Shown: positions 23,532 through 32,000 of the stretch, piece by piece
Numbering within the stretch: position 1 is the first letter of the stretch
Layout: the number at the start of each line of letters is the position of its first letter
Source of the DNA: Propionibacterium ruminifibrarum
GTDB taxonomy: Bacteria; Actinomycetota; Actinomycetes; Propionibacteriales; Propionibacteriaceae
DNA: 32,000 bases
Assembly (NCBI RefSeq): GCF_900289195.1
Contig: NZ_OMOH01000006.1
Coordinates: 160,419 to 192,418 of the forward strand
Direction of reading: 5' to 3'
Program-made: the position numbers and the translations under genes
The notes under the pieces: generated by a model
Databases searched by the model: none
Seen by the model: only the letters and a program-made list of their open reading frames with translations
Told to the model about the DNA's origin: nothing

Positions 23532-24173
23532 ATGCTCATTGCCATGTCGGGCCTCCAGGCCACCGGGAAGACGTACGTCTCGACGGAGCTGGCGTCCCGC
23601 ATGAACGCGATGCGCATCGGCGTCCCCGGGATCGAGTCCGCCCTGGCCGCCGCCGGGCTGTGGCGCAACCAGGCCACCGGGCTCGCCGCCTACCTGGCGG
23701 CTCAGTCGGTTGCCCGCGAGAACCTCGTCACCGGCCACGACGTCATCATCGACGCGGCGAACTACACCAAGAGCAGCAGGCAGCTGTGGACGGACCTGGC
23801 GAGCGAGACGGGCACCGACCTGTTGTTCCTCATCACCGTCTGCTCCGACTCGGCGATGCACCAGGAGCGCGTCCGGGCCCGCCAGCACGGCGCCCCCACG
23901 ACCAGGATCACCTGGGACGACGTCGCCGAACGCAACGCCCACACCGAGATGTGGGGCGCCGAACCGCGCGTGGCGCTGGACACGGCCCGCGAGATCGACT
24001 TCGACCACACGGTGACGATGGTGCGCTGCTTCGGCGGCGAGGCCGAGCCGATGCGCACCGCTCCGCGTTACCGGGCCGCCCGCCGCGCGGCCGAGGAGCC
24101 CGAGGACCAGCCGCTGAACGGCTTCGCCGTGCCCGCCCCGGAGCCGCGGGGTGCGGCGCGGCTCATGTCATGA
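23532..24173 (+). CDS. P-loop NTPase / small-molecule-kinase-like protein (AAA_33-type) with a disordered C-terminal tail
   Basis: ATG 23532 gives [17 protein letters not shown] (Walker A GxxxxGKT), followed by VIIDAANY (Walker-B-like). The track ORF start at 23358 overlaps the UPF0210 gene and is Ala/Arg-rich noise. Confidence 0.6.
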   Translation: MLIAMSGLQATGKTYVSTELASRMNAMRIGVPGIESALAAAGLWRNQATGLAAYLAAQSVARENLVTGHDVIIDAANYTKSSRQLWTDLASETGTDLLFLITVCSDSAMHQERVRARQHGAPTTRITWDDVAERNAHTEMWGAEPRVALDTAREIDFDHTVTMVRCFGGEAEPMRTAPRYRAARRAAEEPEDQPLNGFAVPAPEPRGAARLMS

Positions 24174-25835
24174 CAGGCCGGTGATCCGGCCCTCCTGGTC
24201 GATGTCCATGCCGAGGGCGGCCGGCTGCTTGGGCAGTCCTGGCATCGTCATGATGTCCCCGGCGAGAGCGACGACGAACCCCGCCCCGGCGCGCACGCTC
24301 AGTTCGCGCAGGCCGATGGTGAAGCCGCGCGGGGCCCCCAGCAGCGTGGCGTCGTCGCTGAACGAGTACTGCGTCTTGGCGATGCACACCGGGAGGTCGT
24401 CGAAGCCCTGGGCGCTCAGGCGTTCGAGCTGACGTCTGGCCTCGGGCGTGTAGTCGACGCCGTCGGCGCGGTAGATCTCGCGGGCGACCATCTCGATCTT
24501 GCCGCGCAGGCTCGACTCGCTGTCGTAGATCGGGGCGAACTCGCCGGGGCGCTCGCACAGTTCGACGACCGCCTCGGCCAGTTCGACGCCGCCGGCGCCG
24601 CCCTCGGTGAAGACGGTGGACGTGATGGCTCGGACGCCGAGTTCGGCGCAGCGCTCACGCACCAGGTCGGTCTCGGCGGCGGTGTCGGCGGGGAACGCAT
24701 TGATCGCCACGACGACCGGGACCCCGTACTTGGCGAGATTGTCGAGGTGCTGCTCCAGGTTGGCCATGCCCTCGTCGAGGGCGGTCAGGTTCTCGGCGTC
24801 CAGGTCGTCCTTGGCCAGGCCCCCGTTGAACTTGAGGGCGCGGATGGTGGCCACGAGCACGACGGCGTCGGGCGCGAACCCGGCGCTGGGGCAGACGATG
24901 TCCAAGAACTTCTCGGCGCCCAGGTCGGCCCCGAAGCCGGCCTCGGTGACCGTGTAGTCGGCCAGTTTGAGCCCCATGCGGGTGGCCAGCACCGAGTTGC
25001 AGCCGTGGGCGATGTTGGCGAACGGGCCGCCGTGGATGATCGCCGGGGTGTTCTCGGTGGTCTGCACCAGGTTCGGTTTGATGGCGTCCTTGAGGAGCAG
25101 GGCCATGGCGCCCGTGGCGCCGAGCTGTTCGACGGTGACCGGCTCCTGGTCGTAGGTGTACGCCGGGATGATGCGGCCCAGGCGTGCCTTGAGGTCCTCG
25201 AACCCGGTGGCCAGGCAGAGGACGGCCATGATCTCGCTGGCCACGGTGATGTCATAGCCGCTCTGGCGGGGAACGCCGTCGACGCGGCGGCCGAGCCCGA
25301 CGACGATGTCCCGCAGGGCCCTGTCGTTCATGTCGACGACCCGGCGCAGTTCCACCCGCTGCGGGTCGATGTTCAGCGGGTTGCCCTGGTAGATCGAGTT
25401 GTCGATGAGGGCGGCGAGCAGGTTGTGGGCGGCGCCGATGGCATGCATGTCACCGGTGAAGTGCAGATTGATGTCCTCCATCGGCAGCACCTGCGCGTAA
25501 CCGCCGCCCGCGGCGCCCCCCTTGACCCCGAAGCACGGGCCCATCGAGGGCTCACGCAGCGTGGTGATGGCACGCCGGCCGATCCTGTTCAGCGCCATCG
25601 CCAGGCCGACGTTGGTGGTCGTCTTGCCCTCGCCGGCCGGCGTGGGGTTGATGGCGGTGACCAGGACGAGTTTGCCGTCGGGACGCCCGGCCAGCCGGTC
25701 GAGCAGGCCGAGGGAGAGTTTGGCCTTGTCCCTGCCGTATGGCTCGTACTCGGTCTCGTCGATTCCCAGGGACTGGGCGACGGCGGCGATGGGTTCCAGG
25801 ACCGTCTCCTGGGCGATCTGGACGTCGGTCTTCAT
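24168..25835 (-). CDS. fhs: Formate-tetrahydrofolate ligase
   Basis: [27 protein letters not shown]-loop, then colinear Fhs sequence to the C-terminus. ATG 25835 has RBS gaggag 5 nt upstream. The TTG at 25853 was rejected. Confidence 0.92.
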   Translation of the reverse strand: MKTDVQIAQETVLEPIAAVAQSLGIDETEYEPYGRDKAKLSLGLLDRLAGRPDGKLVLVTAINPTPAGEGKTTTNVGLAMALNRIGRRAITTLREPSMGPCFGVKGGAAGGGYAQVLPMEDINLHFTGDMHAIGAAHNLLAALIDNSIYQGNPLNIDPQRVELRRVVDMNDRALRDIVVGLGRRVDGVPRQSGYDITVASEIMAVLCLATGFEDLKARLGRIIPAYTYDQEPVTVEQLGATGAMALLLKDAIKPNLVQTTENTPAIIHGGPFANIAHGCNSVLATRMGLKLADYTVTEAGFGADLGAEKFLDIVCPSAGFAPDAVVLVATIRALKFNGGLAKDDLDAENLTALDEGMANLEQHLDNLAKYGVPVVVAINAFPADTAAETDLVRERCAELGVRAITSTVFTEGGAGGVELAEAVVELCERPGEFAPIYDSESSLRGKIEMVAREIYRADGVDYTPEARRQLERLSAQGFDDLPVCIAKTQYSFSDDATLLGAPRGFTIGLRELSVRAGAGFVVALAGDIMTMPGLPKQPAALGMDIDQEGRITGLS

Positions 25836-25889
25836 TGCGTCTCCTCTCGTCAATGACGGACCCGGATGGTCTGCCGGACACGTCGGCCA

Positions 25890-26780
25890 CTACCCCAGGG
25901 CCGCCCGCAACGCGGCCGAGAACGGGCCCTGGACGAGCACTGCGGGCATCCCGTCGGGGTCGGTCCTGGTGATCTGCTGGGTGCCGCCGTCGGGGCCGAT
26001 GAAGAACAGTTGGGGTGTGAGGGGGTGCGGGTCCGACTCGTAGTGCGACACGGCGAACGGCACCATGGCGTTGAGCGCGACGGCCAGGCCGGGGCCGCGA
26101 ATGACGTGTACGAGCATGGCCTCCTGGACGGGCACCGCGACGACGATCCCGATGGTGCCGCGGGCGAAGTCCGGGATCACAGTGTCGAGGACGCCGAGTC
26201 GGCCGGCCACGTAGGGGTCTGGGGCGGTGATGAGCGTGACGATCGAGTCGGGCTGGTTCTGGGAGAGGACCGAGTGATTCTGGAAGAACGGGGCGCGCGC
26301 GAGGTTCCGCCTGCCGAGGTCGAGCATGGCGGCGGAACCGCCCAGTGGTCTGGTGCGTTCGTTGTTCGCGATGATCTTCTCAACTCGGTTCGGGTGGTCG
26401 ATCGCCGGGACGAGGACGATGCCGGGCAGTACCTCGATGACGGAGGAGAGACACTCTTCCGGGATTGCTGCCCGCTGCGTACAGGACAGGAAGACACTGG
26501 CCGGGTCGATCGGCTCCGCACGGCGTTCCGGGGTGACGAGCATCTCGGCGATGAAGGAGTCGACGACCTGCGCCCAGCGTTCAGTCGGCTCCTCCCGCAG
26601 CATGCGCGCCAGGCCGTTGACCCTGATGACACCTCCCTCGTACCTGAAGATGCCGTCACCGTCGTAGCCGGCCCGGACGCCGCGGGCCGCGATGCTGCCG
26701 GTGCACAGTGTGACGAACTGCTGGTAGCTCTGCGGGCTCATCCAGGCGGCCCATTCGGGCACCTCACCGGTCATCGTCAC
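25890..26780 (-). CDS. Hypothetical protein (296 aa), no confident family
   Basis: GC3 is high. The start overlaps the upstream DUF1992 gene by 17 nt. The C-terminal half (GTIGIVVAVPVQEAMLVHVIRG ... LTPQLFFIGPDG) faintly resembles the DUF1444/UPF0354 (YtpQ) pattern by eye only. Confidence 0.65.
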   Translation of the reverse strand: MTMTGEVPEWAAWMSPQSYQQFVTLCTGSIAARGVRAGYDGDGIFRYEGGVIRVNGLARMLREEPTERWAQVVDSFIAEMLVTPERRAEPIDPASVFLSCTQRAAIPEECLSSVIEVLPGIVLVPAIDHPNRVEKIIANNERTRPLGGSAAMLDLGRRNLARAPFFQNHSVLSQNQPDSIVTLITAPDPYVAGRLGVLDTVIPDFARGTIGIVVAVPVQEAMLVHVIRGPGLAVALNAMVPFAVSHYESDPHPLTPQLFFIGPDGGTQQITRTDPDGMPAVLVQGPFSAALRAALG

Positions 26781-27069
26781 CCTCCTTGTAGCTGCTGGCC
26801 TGTCGCTCGGCTACACGCTCTCCGCGCATCTCCCGGAGCGCGCGCAGATGGGCGGGCAGAACGCCCGAGAGGTCCTCCCGTTCGAGGCGTTCGATGATCC
26901 AGGGCTTCTCCGCCCCGGGTCGGCCCAGGTAGATGGGACGACCAGTGTAGGGGTTGTTGTCGAACTCTCCGCGCTCGATGGCCTCGCGGACGAGACGTTC
27001 GGGATAGCTCTCGAACCTGGGCGCGCTCATGGCAGCCGCCTCGGGCCGGGTGCCGGACTCATCGCCCAC
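26764..27069 (-). CDS. DUF1992 (DnaJC28-like) domain protein
   Basis: ERLVREAIERGEFDNNPYTGRPI matches the conserved DUF1992 opening motif. The maximal ORF starts at GTG 27069, 3 nt after the M20 stop. The alternative is ATG 27030, with gagg upstream. Confidence 0.65.
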   Translation of the reverse strand: MGDESGTRPEAAAMSAPRFESYPERLVREAIERGEFDNNPYTGRPIYLGRPGAEKPWIIERLEREDLSGVLPAHLRALREMRGERVAERQASSYKEGDDDR

Positions 27070-27072
27070 GGC

Positions 27073-28425
27073 TCATCGACCCAACCGGTCGAGGAAGAGG
27101 GCCTCTGCCCGGCAGGCACGCCCGAAGTCGCCCAGTTCGAGCGACTCGTTGAGGCCGTGCATGCGGCAGTCAGGGTCGGCGACGGCGGTGCACAGCACCG
27201 TGGCCTGCGGGAAGGCCTCCTGGAAGGAGGCGATCATGCCGATGGAGCCGCCGGTTCCCACGCAGACGGGGTCGCTGCCGTAGGCATCGCCGTAGGCGGA
27301 GCGGGCCTGTTCGGCGATGGGCCCCTCGAAGGGCACGGTCGACGGGTTGGCGGCCTCGGCGTTGGACACGGCGACCTGCACGCCCCAGGGGGCGTGCTCC
27401 CGGATGTGCCTGGCCAGGCACTCGACCGCGTTCTCGCGGGTGTCGCCGGGGGCGATGCGCAGGCTGATGCGTGCCCGGGCCGCGTCGATGAGCACATTGG
27501 AGCTCGCCGCGATGGGGGTGGTGTCCATGCCGATGACGCTGATGGCCGGCTTGGCCCACAGCCGGTCGACGAATGGGCCGGTGCCGATGAACTCGACGCC
27601 GTCCAGGACACCGGTCTCGGCCCGCAGCCGGTCGACCGGGTAGTCGAGTTGCTCGGCGGCGGTGCCGCTCACGAGACCGGCCACGGCCACGTCACCGGCG
27701 TCGTCGTGCAGGGTGGCCAGCAGACGGCACAGCGCGGTGAGGGCGTCGGGGACGACACCGCCGAACTCGCCGGAGTGGATGGGCTGGGCGAGGGTCCTGG
27801 CCTCGATGACCAGGTCGGCCACCCCACGCAGCGAGGTGGTGAAGGCCGGCACGCCGATCTGCCAGTTGCCGCAGTCGGCGATGACGTAGGCGTCGGCGGC
27901 CAGTTCGTCCCGGTGGGTGGCGAGCAGGTCGTCGAGGCTCGGCGATCCGATCTCCTCCTCGCCCTCGAAGAGGACGGTGACGCCGACGGGGGGTCTGCCG
28001 TCGAAGGCGCGCAGCACGGCCAGGTGCATGGCCAGTCCGCCCTTGTCGTCGGCGGTGCCGCGTCCGTACAGGCGGCCGTCGCGTTCGGTGGCCACGAAGG
28101 GGTCGGTGTGCCATGCGCCGGGGTCGCCGGTGGGTTGGACGTCGTAGTGCGAGTACAGGCACACGGTGGGCCTGCCCTCGGGGGCCGGCCAGTGGGCCAG
28201 GACGGCGGGCTTGCCGCCGGCCTCGATCGTGCGCACGTCGGTCCAGCCGAGTCCTCTGATGGCCGCGACGAGGTAGTCGGCCATGACCGTCACGTCGCCG
28301 GCGTGCTGGGGCTGGGAGCTGATGGAGGGAATCGCGACCATCGCGGCGAGGTCGTCGAGGGCGGGACGCACCTGGGCGTCGGTCGCCTCGAGGATCCGGG
28401 TGTCGCGGGCGTCGTCGGCTGCCAT
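27073..28425 (-). CDS. M20-family metallopeptidase / dipeptidase (ArgE/DapE/CPG2 clan)
   Basis: ATG 28425 lies 5 nt after the purL stop, with GGAGG inside the purL 3' end. Motifs: LYSHYDVQP, GRGTADDKGG, LFEGEEEIGSP. The track ORF start at 28881 is an Arg/Pro-rich extension overlapping purL. Confidence 0.85.
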   Translation of the reverse strand: MAADDARDTRILEATDAQVRPALDDLAAMVAIPSISSQPQHAGDVTVMADYLVAAIRGLGWTDVRTIEAGGKPAVLAHWPAPEGRPTVCLYSHYDVQPTGDPGAWHTDPFVATERDGRLYGRGTADDKGGLAMHLAVLRAFDGRPPVGVTVLFEGEEEIGSPSLDDLLATHRDELAADAYVIADCGNWQIGVPAFTTSLRGVADLVIEARTLAQPIHSGEFGGVVPDALTALCRLLATLHDDAGDVAVAGLVSGTAAEQLDYPVDRLRAETGVLDGVEFIGTGPFVDRLWAKPAISVIGMDTTPIAASSNVLIDAARARISLRIAPGDTRENAVECLARHIREHAPWGVQVAVSNAEAANPSTVPFEGPIAEQARSAYGDAYGSDPVCVGTGGSIGMIASFQEAFPQATVLCTAVADPDCRMHGLNESLELGDFGRACRAEALFLDRLGR

Positions 28426-28430
28426 GAGGT

Positions 28431-30695
28431 TCAGGCCTCCTGCATCGCGGTCGGGATGGTTGCGGCCCAGGCGTCGCGGATCCGGTTCAGCGGCAGCGTG
28501 AACAGGCCCTCGACGGTCAGTTCGGCGTCGCCGGTGACCTCGCCGAGGCGGGTGGCTGGCAGGTCGTGCTCGGCGCACAGGGCGACGAGGTCGTCGTACC
28601 GGCCGGGGGCGACCGAGACGATGGCGCGGGCCGGGCTCTCGCTGAACAGCTCGGCGCAGGGGTCGAGGTCGCCGGGCAGAGTCACGGCGGCACCGAGATC
28701 CTTGCGCAGGCAGCTGTCGACGAGGGACTGGGCCAGGCCGCCCTCGGACAGGTCGTGGGCGCTGGCGAGGATGCCGGCGCCGGCGGCCGCCCGGCACACC
28801 GCGGCCAGGGCCTTCTCGGCCCGGAAGTCGGGGAACGGGGGCAGCCCGCCGAGGTGGTGGTCGTGCATGACATCGGCCCACACCGAGCCGCCGAGCTCCT
28901 GCTTCGTCGCCCCGAGCAGGACGATCACGTCACCGGGGTTGGCGAAACCCATCGGGGTGCGGGTGCGGACGTCGTCGATGACGCCGAGCATGCCCACGAG
29001 CGGGGTCGGGAGGATGTTCTTGCCGCCGGTCTGGTTGTAGAGGCTGACGTTGCCGCCGGTGACGGGGATGCCGAGTTCGGCGCAGCCGTCGACGAGTCCC
29101 TTGATGGCCTCGACGAGCTGCCACATGACCTCGGGGTCCTCGGGCGATCCGAAGTTGAGGCAGTCGGTGATGGCGACGGGCTCGGCGCCGGTGACGGCCA
29201 CGTTGCGGTAGCTCTCGCTCAACGCCAGCTGGGCGCCCAGGTAGGGGTTGAGGTAGGTGTAGCGGCCGTTGGCGTCGGTGGACAGGGCGATGCCGAGGTT
29301 GGTGTCCTCGTCGACGCGGATCATGCCGGCGTCCTCGGGCTGGGCCAGGATGGAGTTTCCGCGCACGAACCGGTCGTACTGGTCGGTGACCCAGCTCTTG
29401 TCGGCCAGGTTCGGGCTGGCGACGAGCGCGAGCAGCGTCTCGGCGAGCTCGTCGCCCGAGCTCGGACGCGGCAGGGCGTTGGCGTGGTCGGCGTTGACGG
29501 CGTCGATCCAGTCGGGGCGGGCCTGCGGACGGTCGTAGGTGGGGCTGTCGTGGGCGACCGTGTGCGGGTCGACGTCGACGATGGTCTGCCCGTGCCAGTC
29601 GATGACGAGGCGGTCGCCGTCGGTGACCTCGCCGATGATCGTCGCCTGGACGTCCCACTTCGCGCAGATCTGCATGAAGCGGTCGACGTCGTCGGGTTCC
29701 ACGACGGCCATCATGCGCTCCTGCGACTCGCTCATGAGGATCTCCTCGGGCGTCATCGTGGAGTCGCGCAGCGGGACGAGGTCGAGTTCGCAGTGCATGC
29801 CGCCGTCGCCGGCGCTGGCCAGCTCGCTGGTGGCGCAGCTGATGCCGGCGGCTCCGAAGTCCTGCAGGGCCGTGACGACACCGGCGTGGAAGAGCTCCAG
29901 GGTGCACTCGATGAGGAGCTTCTCCATGAAGGGGTCGCCCACCTGGACGCTGGGCCGCTTCTGCGGCCCGTCGGCCTCGAAGGTCTCCGAGGCCAGCACC
30001 GAGGCCCCGCCGATGCCGTCGGCGCCGGTGGACGCGCCGAAGAGGATCACCTTGTTGCCCGCGCCGGTGGCCTTCGCGAAGGCCAGGTCCTCGTGCCGCA
30101 TGACGCCCACGCACAGGGCGTTGACGAGCGGGTTCCCGTAGTAGGAGTCGTCGAAGACGAGTTCGCCGCCGATGTTGGGCAGGCCCAGGCAGTTGCCGTA
30201 GCCGCCGACGCCGGCGACGACGCCGGGCAGTACGCGCTTGGTGTCGGGGGCGTCGAGTGCACCGAAACGCAGGGCGTCCATGACGGCGATGGGACGGGCC
30301 CCCATGGCCATGATGTCGCGGACGATGCCGCCGACGCCGGTCGCGGCGCCCTGGTAGGGCTCGACGTAGCTGGGGTGGTTGTGGGACTCGGCCTTGAAGG
30401 TGACCGCGTAGCCCTGGCCGATGTCGACGGCGCCGGCGTTGTCGCCGATGCCGGCCAGCAGCGGGCCGCGCGGGGTGGTCTGCGGCAGGGCGGAGAAGCG
30501 GGACAGGTGCAGCTTGCTCGACTTGTAGGAGCAGTGCTCGGACCACATCACCGAGTACATGGCCAGTTCGGCGCCGGTTGGACGCCGGCCGAGCAGCTCC
30601 CTGATGCGGGCGTACTCGTCGGCCTTGAGGCCGAGCTCGGCCCACGGCTGGTCCACGTCGGGCGTCGTGCGTGCGTTCTCAACGGTGTCAACCAC
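28431..30695 (-). CDS. purL: Phosphoribosylformylglycinamidine synthase subunit PurL (FGAM synthase II)
   Basis: GTG start. [49 protein letters not shown], then colinear PurL sequence of 754 aa. Confidence 0.92.
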   Translation of the reverse strand: MVDTVENARTTPDVDQPWAELGLKADEYARIRELLGRRPTGAELAMYSVMWSEHCSYKSSKLHLSRFSALPQTTPRGPLLAGIGDNAGAVDIGQGYAVTFKAESHNHPSYVEPYQGAATGVGGIVRDIMAMGARPIAVMDALRFGALDAPDTKRVLPGVVAGVGGYGNCLGLPNIGGELVFDDSYYGNPLVNALCVGVMRHEDLAFAKATGAGNKVILFGASTGADGIGGASVLASETFEADGPQKRPSVQVGDPFMEKLLIECTLELFHAGVVTALQDFGAAGISCATSELASAGDGGMHCELDLVPLRDSTMTPEEILMSESQERMMAVVEPDDVDRFMQICAKWDVQATIIGEVTDGDRLVIDWHGQTIVDVDPHTVAHDSPTYDRPQARPDWIDAVNADHANALPRPSSGDELAETLLALVASPNLADKSWVTDQYDRFVRGNSILAQPEDAGMIRVDEDTNLGIALSTDANGRYTYLNPYLGAQLALSESYRNVAVTGAEPVAITDCLNFGSPEDPEVMWQLVEAIKGLVDGCAELGIPVTGGNVSLYNQTGGKNILPTPLVGMLGVIDDVRTRTPMGFANPGDVIVLLGATKQELGGSVWADVMHDHHLGGLPPFPDFRAEKALAAVCRAAAGAGILASAHDLSEGGLAQSLVDSCLRKDLGAAVTLPGDLDPCAELFSESPARAIVSVAPGRYDDLVALCAEHDLPATRLGEVTGDAELTVEGLFTLPLNRIRDAWAATIPTAMQEA

Positions 30696-30888
30696 GGCAC
30701 CAATCTAGCGGCCCGCGGTGGCGGGCCACGCAGGTGCCATGGGTGAAGCCGTCTCCCGCACGCCGTCTTACCCTTGGGGATTGTCCCTGGTTGTGGCCTG
30801 GGTTGGGGTGGTGGGGGTGACGGGTGTCGGTGGTGGGATTTAGCGTTCTTGTCCGGTGGCCGTGCATCCCCTATGCGGCTGCTTGGAG

Positions 30889-31778
30889 TGATATAGGTTT
30901 TTCGGACAGTGGTTAATGGTTGGTTTTAGGCTGCTGTCTTGTGGTATTGTCTCCATTCGGCGTCGACTTGGTTGGGGGTCTGGCAGTCGATGGCGGAGTG
31001 GAGACGTTTGTGATTGTAGCGTAACTCGATTCAGGCTGTCACGTCCCGGATCGCATGGTTGTGGGTCGGGTAGACCTTACGGTTTACGAGTTCTTTCTTC
31101 AAGATCGCATTGAAGGACTCGGCAGCGGCATTGTCATAGCAGCTACCGGTCCGCCCCACGGACGGGAGAATCCCGTGATCGGCCATGAATTTCGTGTATT
31201 CGGCCGACGTGTACTGGGAGCCTCAGTCCGAGTGAAAAACCGTGACACCACGGGTTGGTGGACAGTTCCGCGCGGCCATGGCCAGGGCCTTGGGTGACGA
31301 GCTCGGTGCGCATGTGACCAGCGATCGTGTGCCCGATGATCTTCTTCGAGAAGCAGTCCATGACCACCGCGAGGTAGGCGAATCCCTGCCAGGTCGGAAC
31401 ATACGTGATGTCGCCCACCCATTTCATTCCGGGCGCGGCGGCGGTGAAGTCTCGGCGCAGCCGGTCGGGCCGGTCGGGAAGGTCTGGGGCCGGCACGGTC
31501 GTCCTGGCTCGTTTCCTGGGCTGGTCAGGCGACAAGACCCTCGACGGCCATGATTCTGCGGACCGTGTCGGGTGAGGCCTTGACGCCGCTCTGGGTCAGT
31601 TCGGCGTGGATCCGGCGGTAGCCGTAGGTCTGTTCGGACTCTTCGAAGAAATAAGTGATCAGTTTTACCAACTCTTCTTTGCGGTGAGCGGTCGCCGAGA
31701 GTGGACGATTGCGCCAGGCGTAGTATCCGGACTTGGATACTTTCGCCCACCGGCACATGGATCGGACCGGGTAGTTGC
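30889..31778 (-). mobile_element. 5'-truncated, decayed IS3-family insertion sequence
   Basis: It contains only OrfB-type (HTH_21 + rve integrase) coding remnants. A possible right terminal repeat begins with TG at 30889 (tgatataggtttttcggacagtgg). No OrfA-like sequence lies upstream. IS-like coding signal stops near 31778. Confidence 0.7.
30926..31758 (-). pseudogene. IS3-family transposase OrfB pseudogene (two frameshifts, two in-frame TGA codons)
   Basis: Pieces read in three frames: YPVRSMCRWAKVSKSGYYAW...RIHAELT...EGLVA; then QPRKRARTT...WVGDITYVPTWQGFAYLAVVMDCFSKKIIG...ELVT; then KALAMAARN...VFHSD*GSQYTS...GSCYDNAAAESFNAILKKE...VTA*IELRYNHKRLHSAI. Frameshifts lie near 31527-31535 and near 31290. 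TGA codons are at 31223-31225 and 31031-31033. Confidence 0.85.
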
Positions 31779-31868
31779 CTTATCCTGGTGATCTCCGTCA
31801 TCACCACCTTCGTGCTCCTGGCTCTGTCGATCTGGATGCTCGTCTCCGTACGCCGCAACCACCCCTAG
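31779..31868 (+). pseudogene. Orphan 3' tail of a plus-strand gene (29 codons encoding a TM helix), trapped between the two IS remnants
   Basis: The plus frame ending at TAG 31866-31868 reads LILVISVITTFVLLALSIWMLVSVRRNHP with almost all third positions G/C. All minus frames here have poor GC3. There is no start codon or upstream continuation. Confidence 0.35.
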
Positions 31869-32000
31869 CAGTGTGCACGACGCTCATCGTTGTACTGATC
31901 GGGGATGTTGGTTAACCGTGTGATGGGTGGGAGGTTCCCGCAGGCCGTGTGGGGTCTGTGGTGATTGTAGAAGTGGATCCAGCTGGCCAAGGCATCGCGT
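31865..32000 (-). mobile_element. IS481-family-like transposase, last 44 codons (rest outside the window)
   Basis: The minus-strand frame from 31999 reads RDALASWIHFYNHHRPHTACGNLPPITRLTNIPDQYNDERRAHC*. The YNHHRPH(S/T)A.GG..P..RL C-terminus is typical of IS481-family DDE transposases. The stop TAG lies within a CTAG at 31865-31868. Confidence 0.65.

Noticed and set aside
21686-23677. 663-aa minus-strand ORF spanning the ACT, UPF0210 and kinase-like genes.
   Set aside because: It is antisense to two genes with full-length family colinearity and crosses intergenic gaps. It is a shadow ORF.
25836-25889. ZTP (pfl-motif) riboswitch upstream of fhs.
   Set aside because: The intergenic gap is only 54 nt. 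Neither GGGUCGUGACUGGCG nor CCGCCUGGGC is present here or in the adjacent upstream coding sequence.
26848-30746. The 730-aa (26848-29040) and 726-aa (28566-30746) plus-strand ORFs.
   Set aside because: They are antisense to the M20 peptidase and purL genes. They are Gly/Asp/Val/Ala-rich with no recognisable domains.
30800-30824. G-quadruplex-type run GGGttGGGGtggtGGGGGtgacGGG upstream of purL.
   Set aside because: It meets the G3+N1-7 pattern, but such runs are frequent by chance in DNA this GC-rich. I have no evidence of function.
31759-31868. Search for the IS3 OrfA and programmed-frameshift region upstream of OrfB.
   Set aside because: None of the three minus-strand frames shows OrfA-like (HTH/leucine-zipper, A-rich slippery site) sequence, and GC3 is poor in all of them. 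The plus strand carries the coding signal instead.

Overview
High-GC actinobacterial-type chromosomal segment, roughly two-thirds G+C by eye. Supporting signs are DUF3073-purM-purF synteny, frequent GTG/TTG starts and ATGA-type stop/start overlaps. The organism cannot be named from this window.

I can support 25 intact protein-coding genes, 4 tRNAs (Lys-UUU, Glu-UUC, Asp-GUC, Phe-GAA), several stem-loop terminators, a few promoter/operator candidates, and decayed insertion-sequence debris at the right edge.

Gene order, left to right:
- patatin-like lipase (partial) plus a PRC-barrel protein
- membrane-anchored poly-Asp protein
- tRNA-Lys
- 4xSH3b-NlpC/P60 cell-wall hydrolase
- tRNA-Glu
- FucO-like Fe-alcohol dehydrogenase
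- TetR / MFS / tandem-FtsX permease / ABC ATPase operon
- YkoE-type ECF transporter with both ATPases and the T component fused in one ORF
- tRNA-Asp and tRNA-Phe
- alpha/beta hydrolase
- DUF3073
- purM and purF
- membrane protein with a Thr-Pro linker
- type-II NADH dehydrogenase
- ACT (UPF0237) plus UPF0210 pair
- P-loop kinase-like protein
- fhs
- two uncharacterised genes (one DUF1992-like)
- M20 peptidase
- purL
- IS3-family transposase pseudogene, an orphan gene tail, and the 3' end of an IS481-like transposase

No rRNA, CRISPR array, prophage, defence island or biosynthetic cluster is visible; the window is mostly core metabolism. I did not find a clear-cut new multi-gene system. The most defensible leads are:
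- the D18/aromatic-tail protein
- the triple-fused ECF module with no recognisable THI-box
- the unknown genes embedded colinearly between purL and fhs
- the ACT/UPF0210 pair with a structured leader
- the trio of perfect hairpins between fucO and tetR
- the nested IS junction next to purL

All family calls come from by-eye motif recognition and recalled reference sequences, not database searches.
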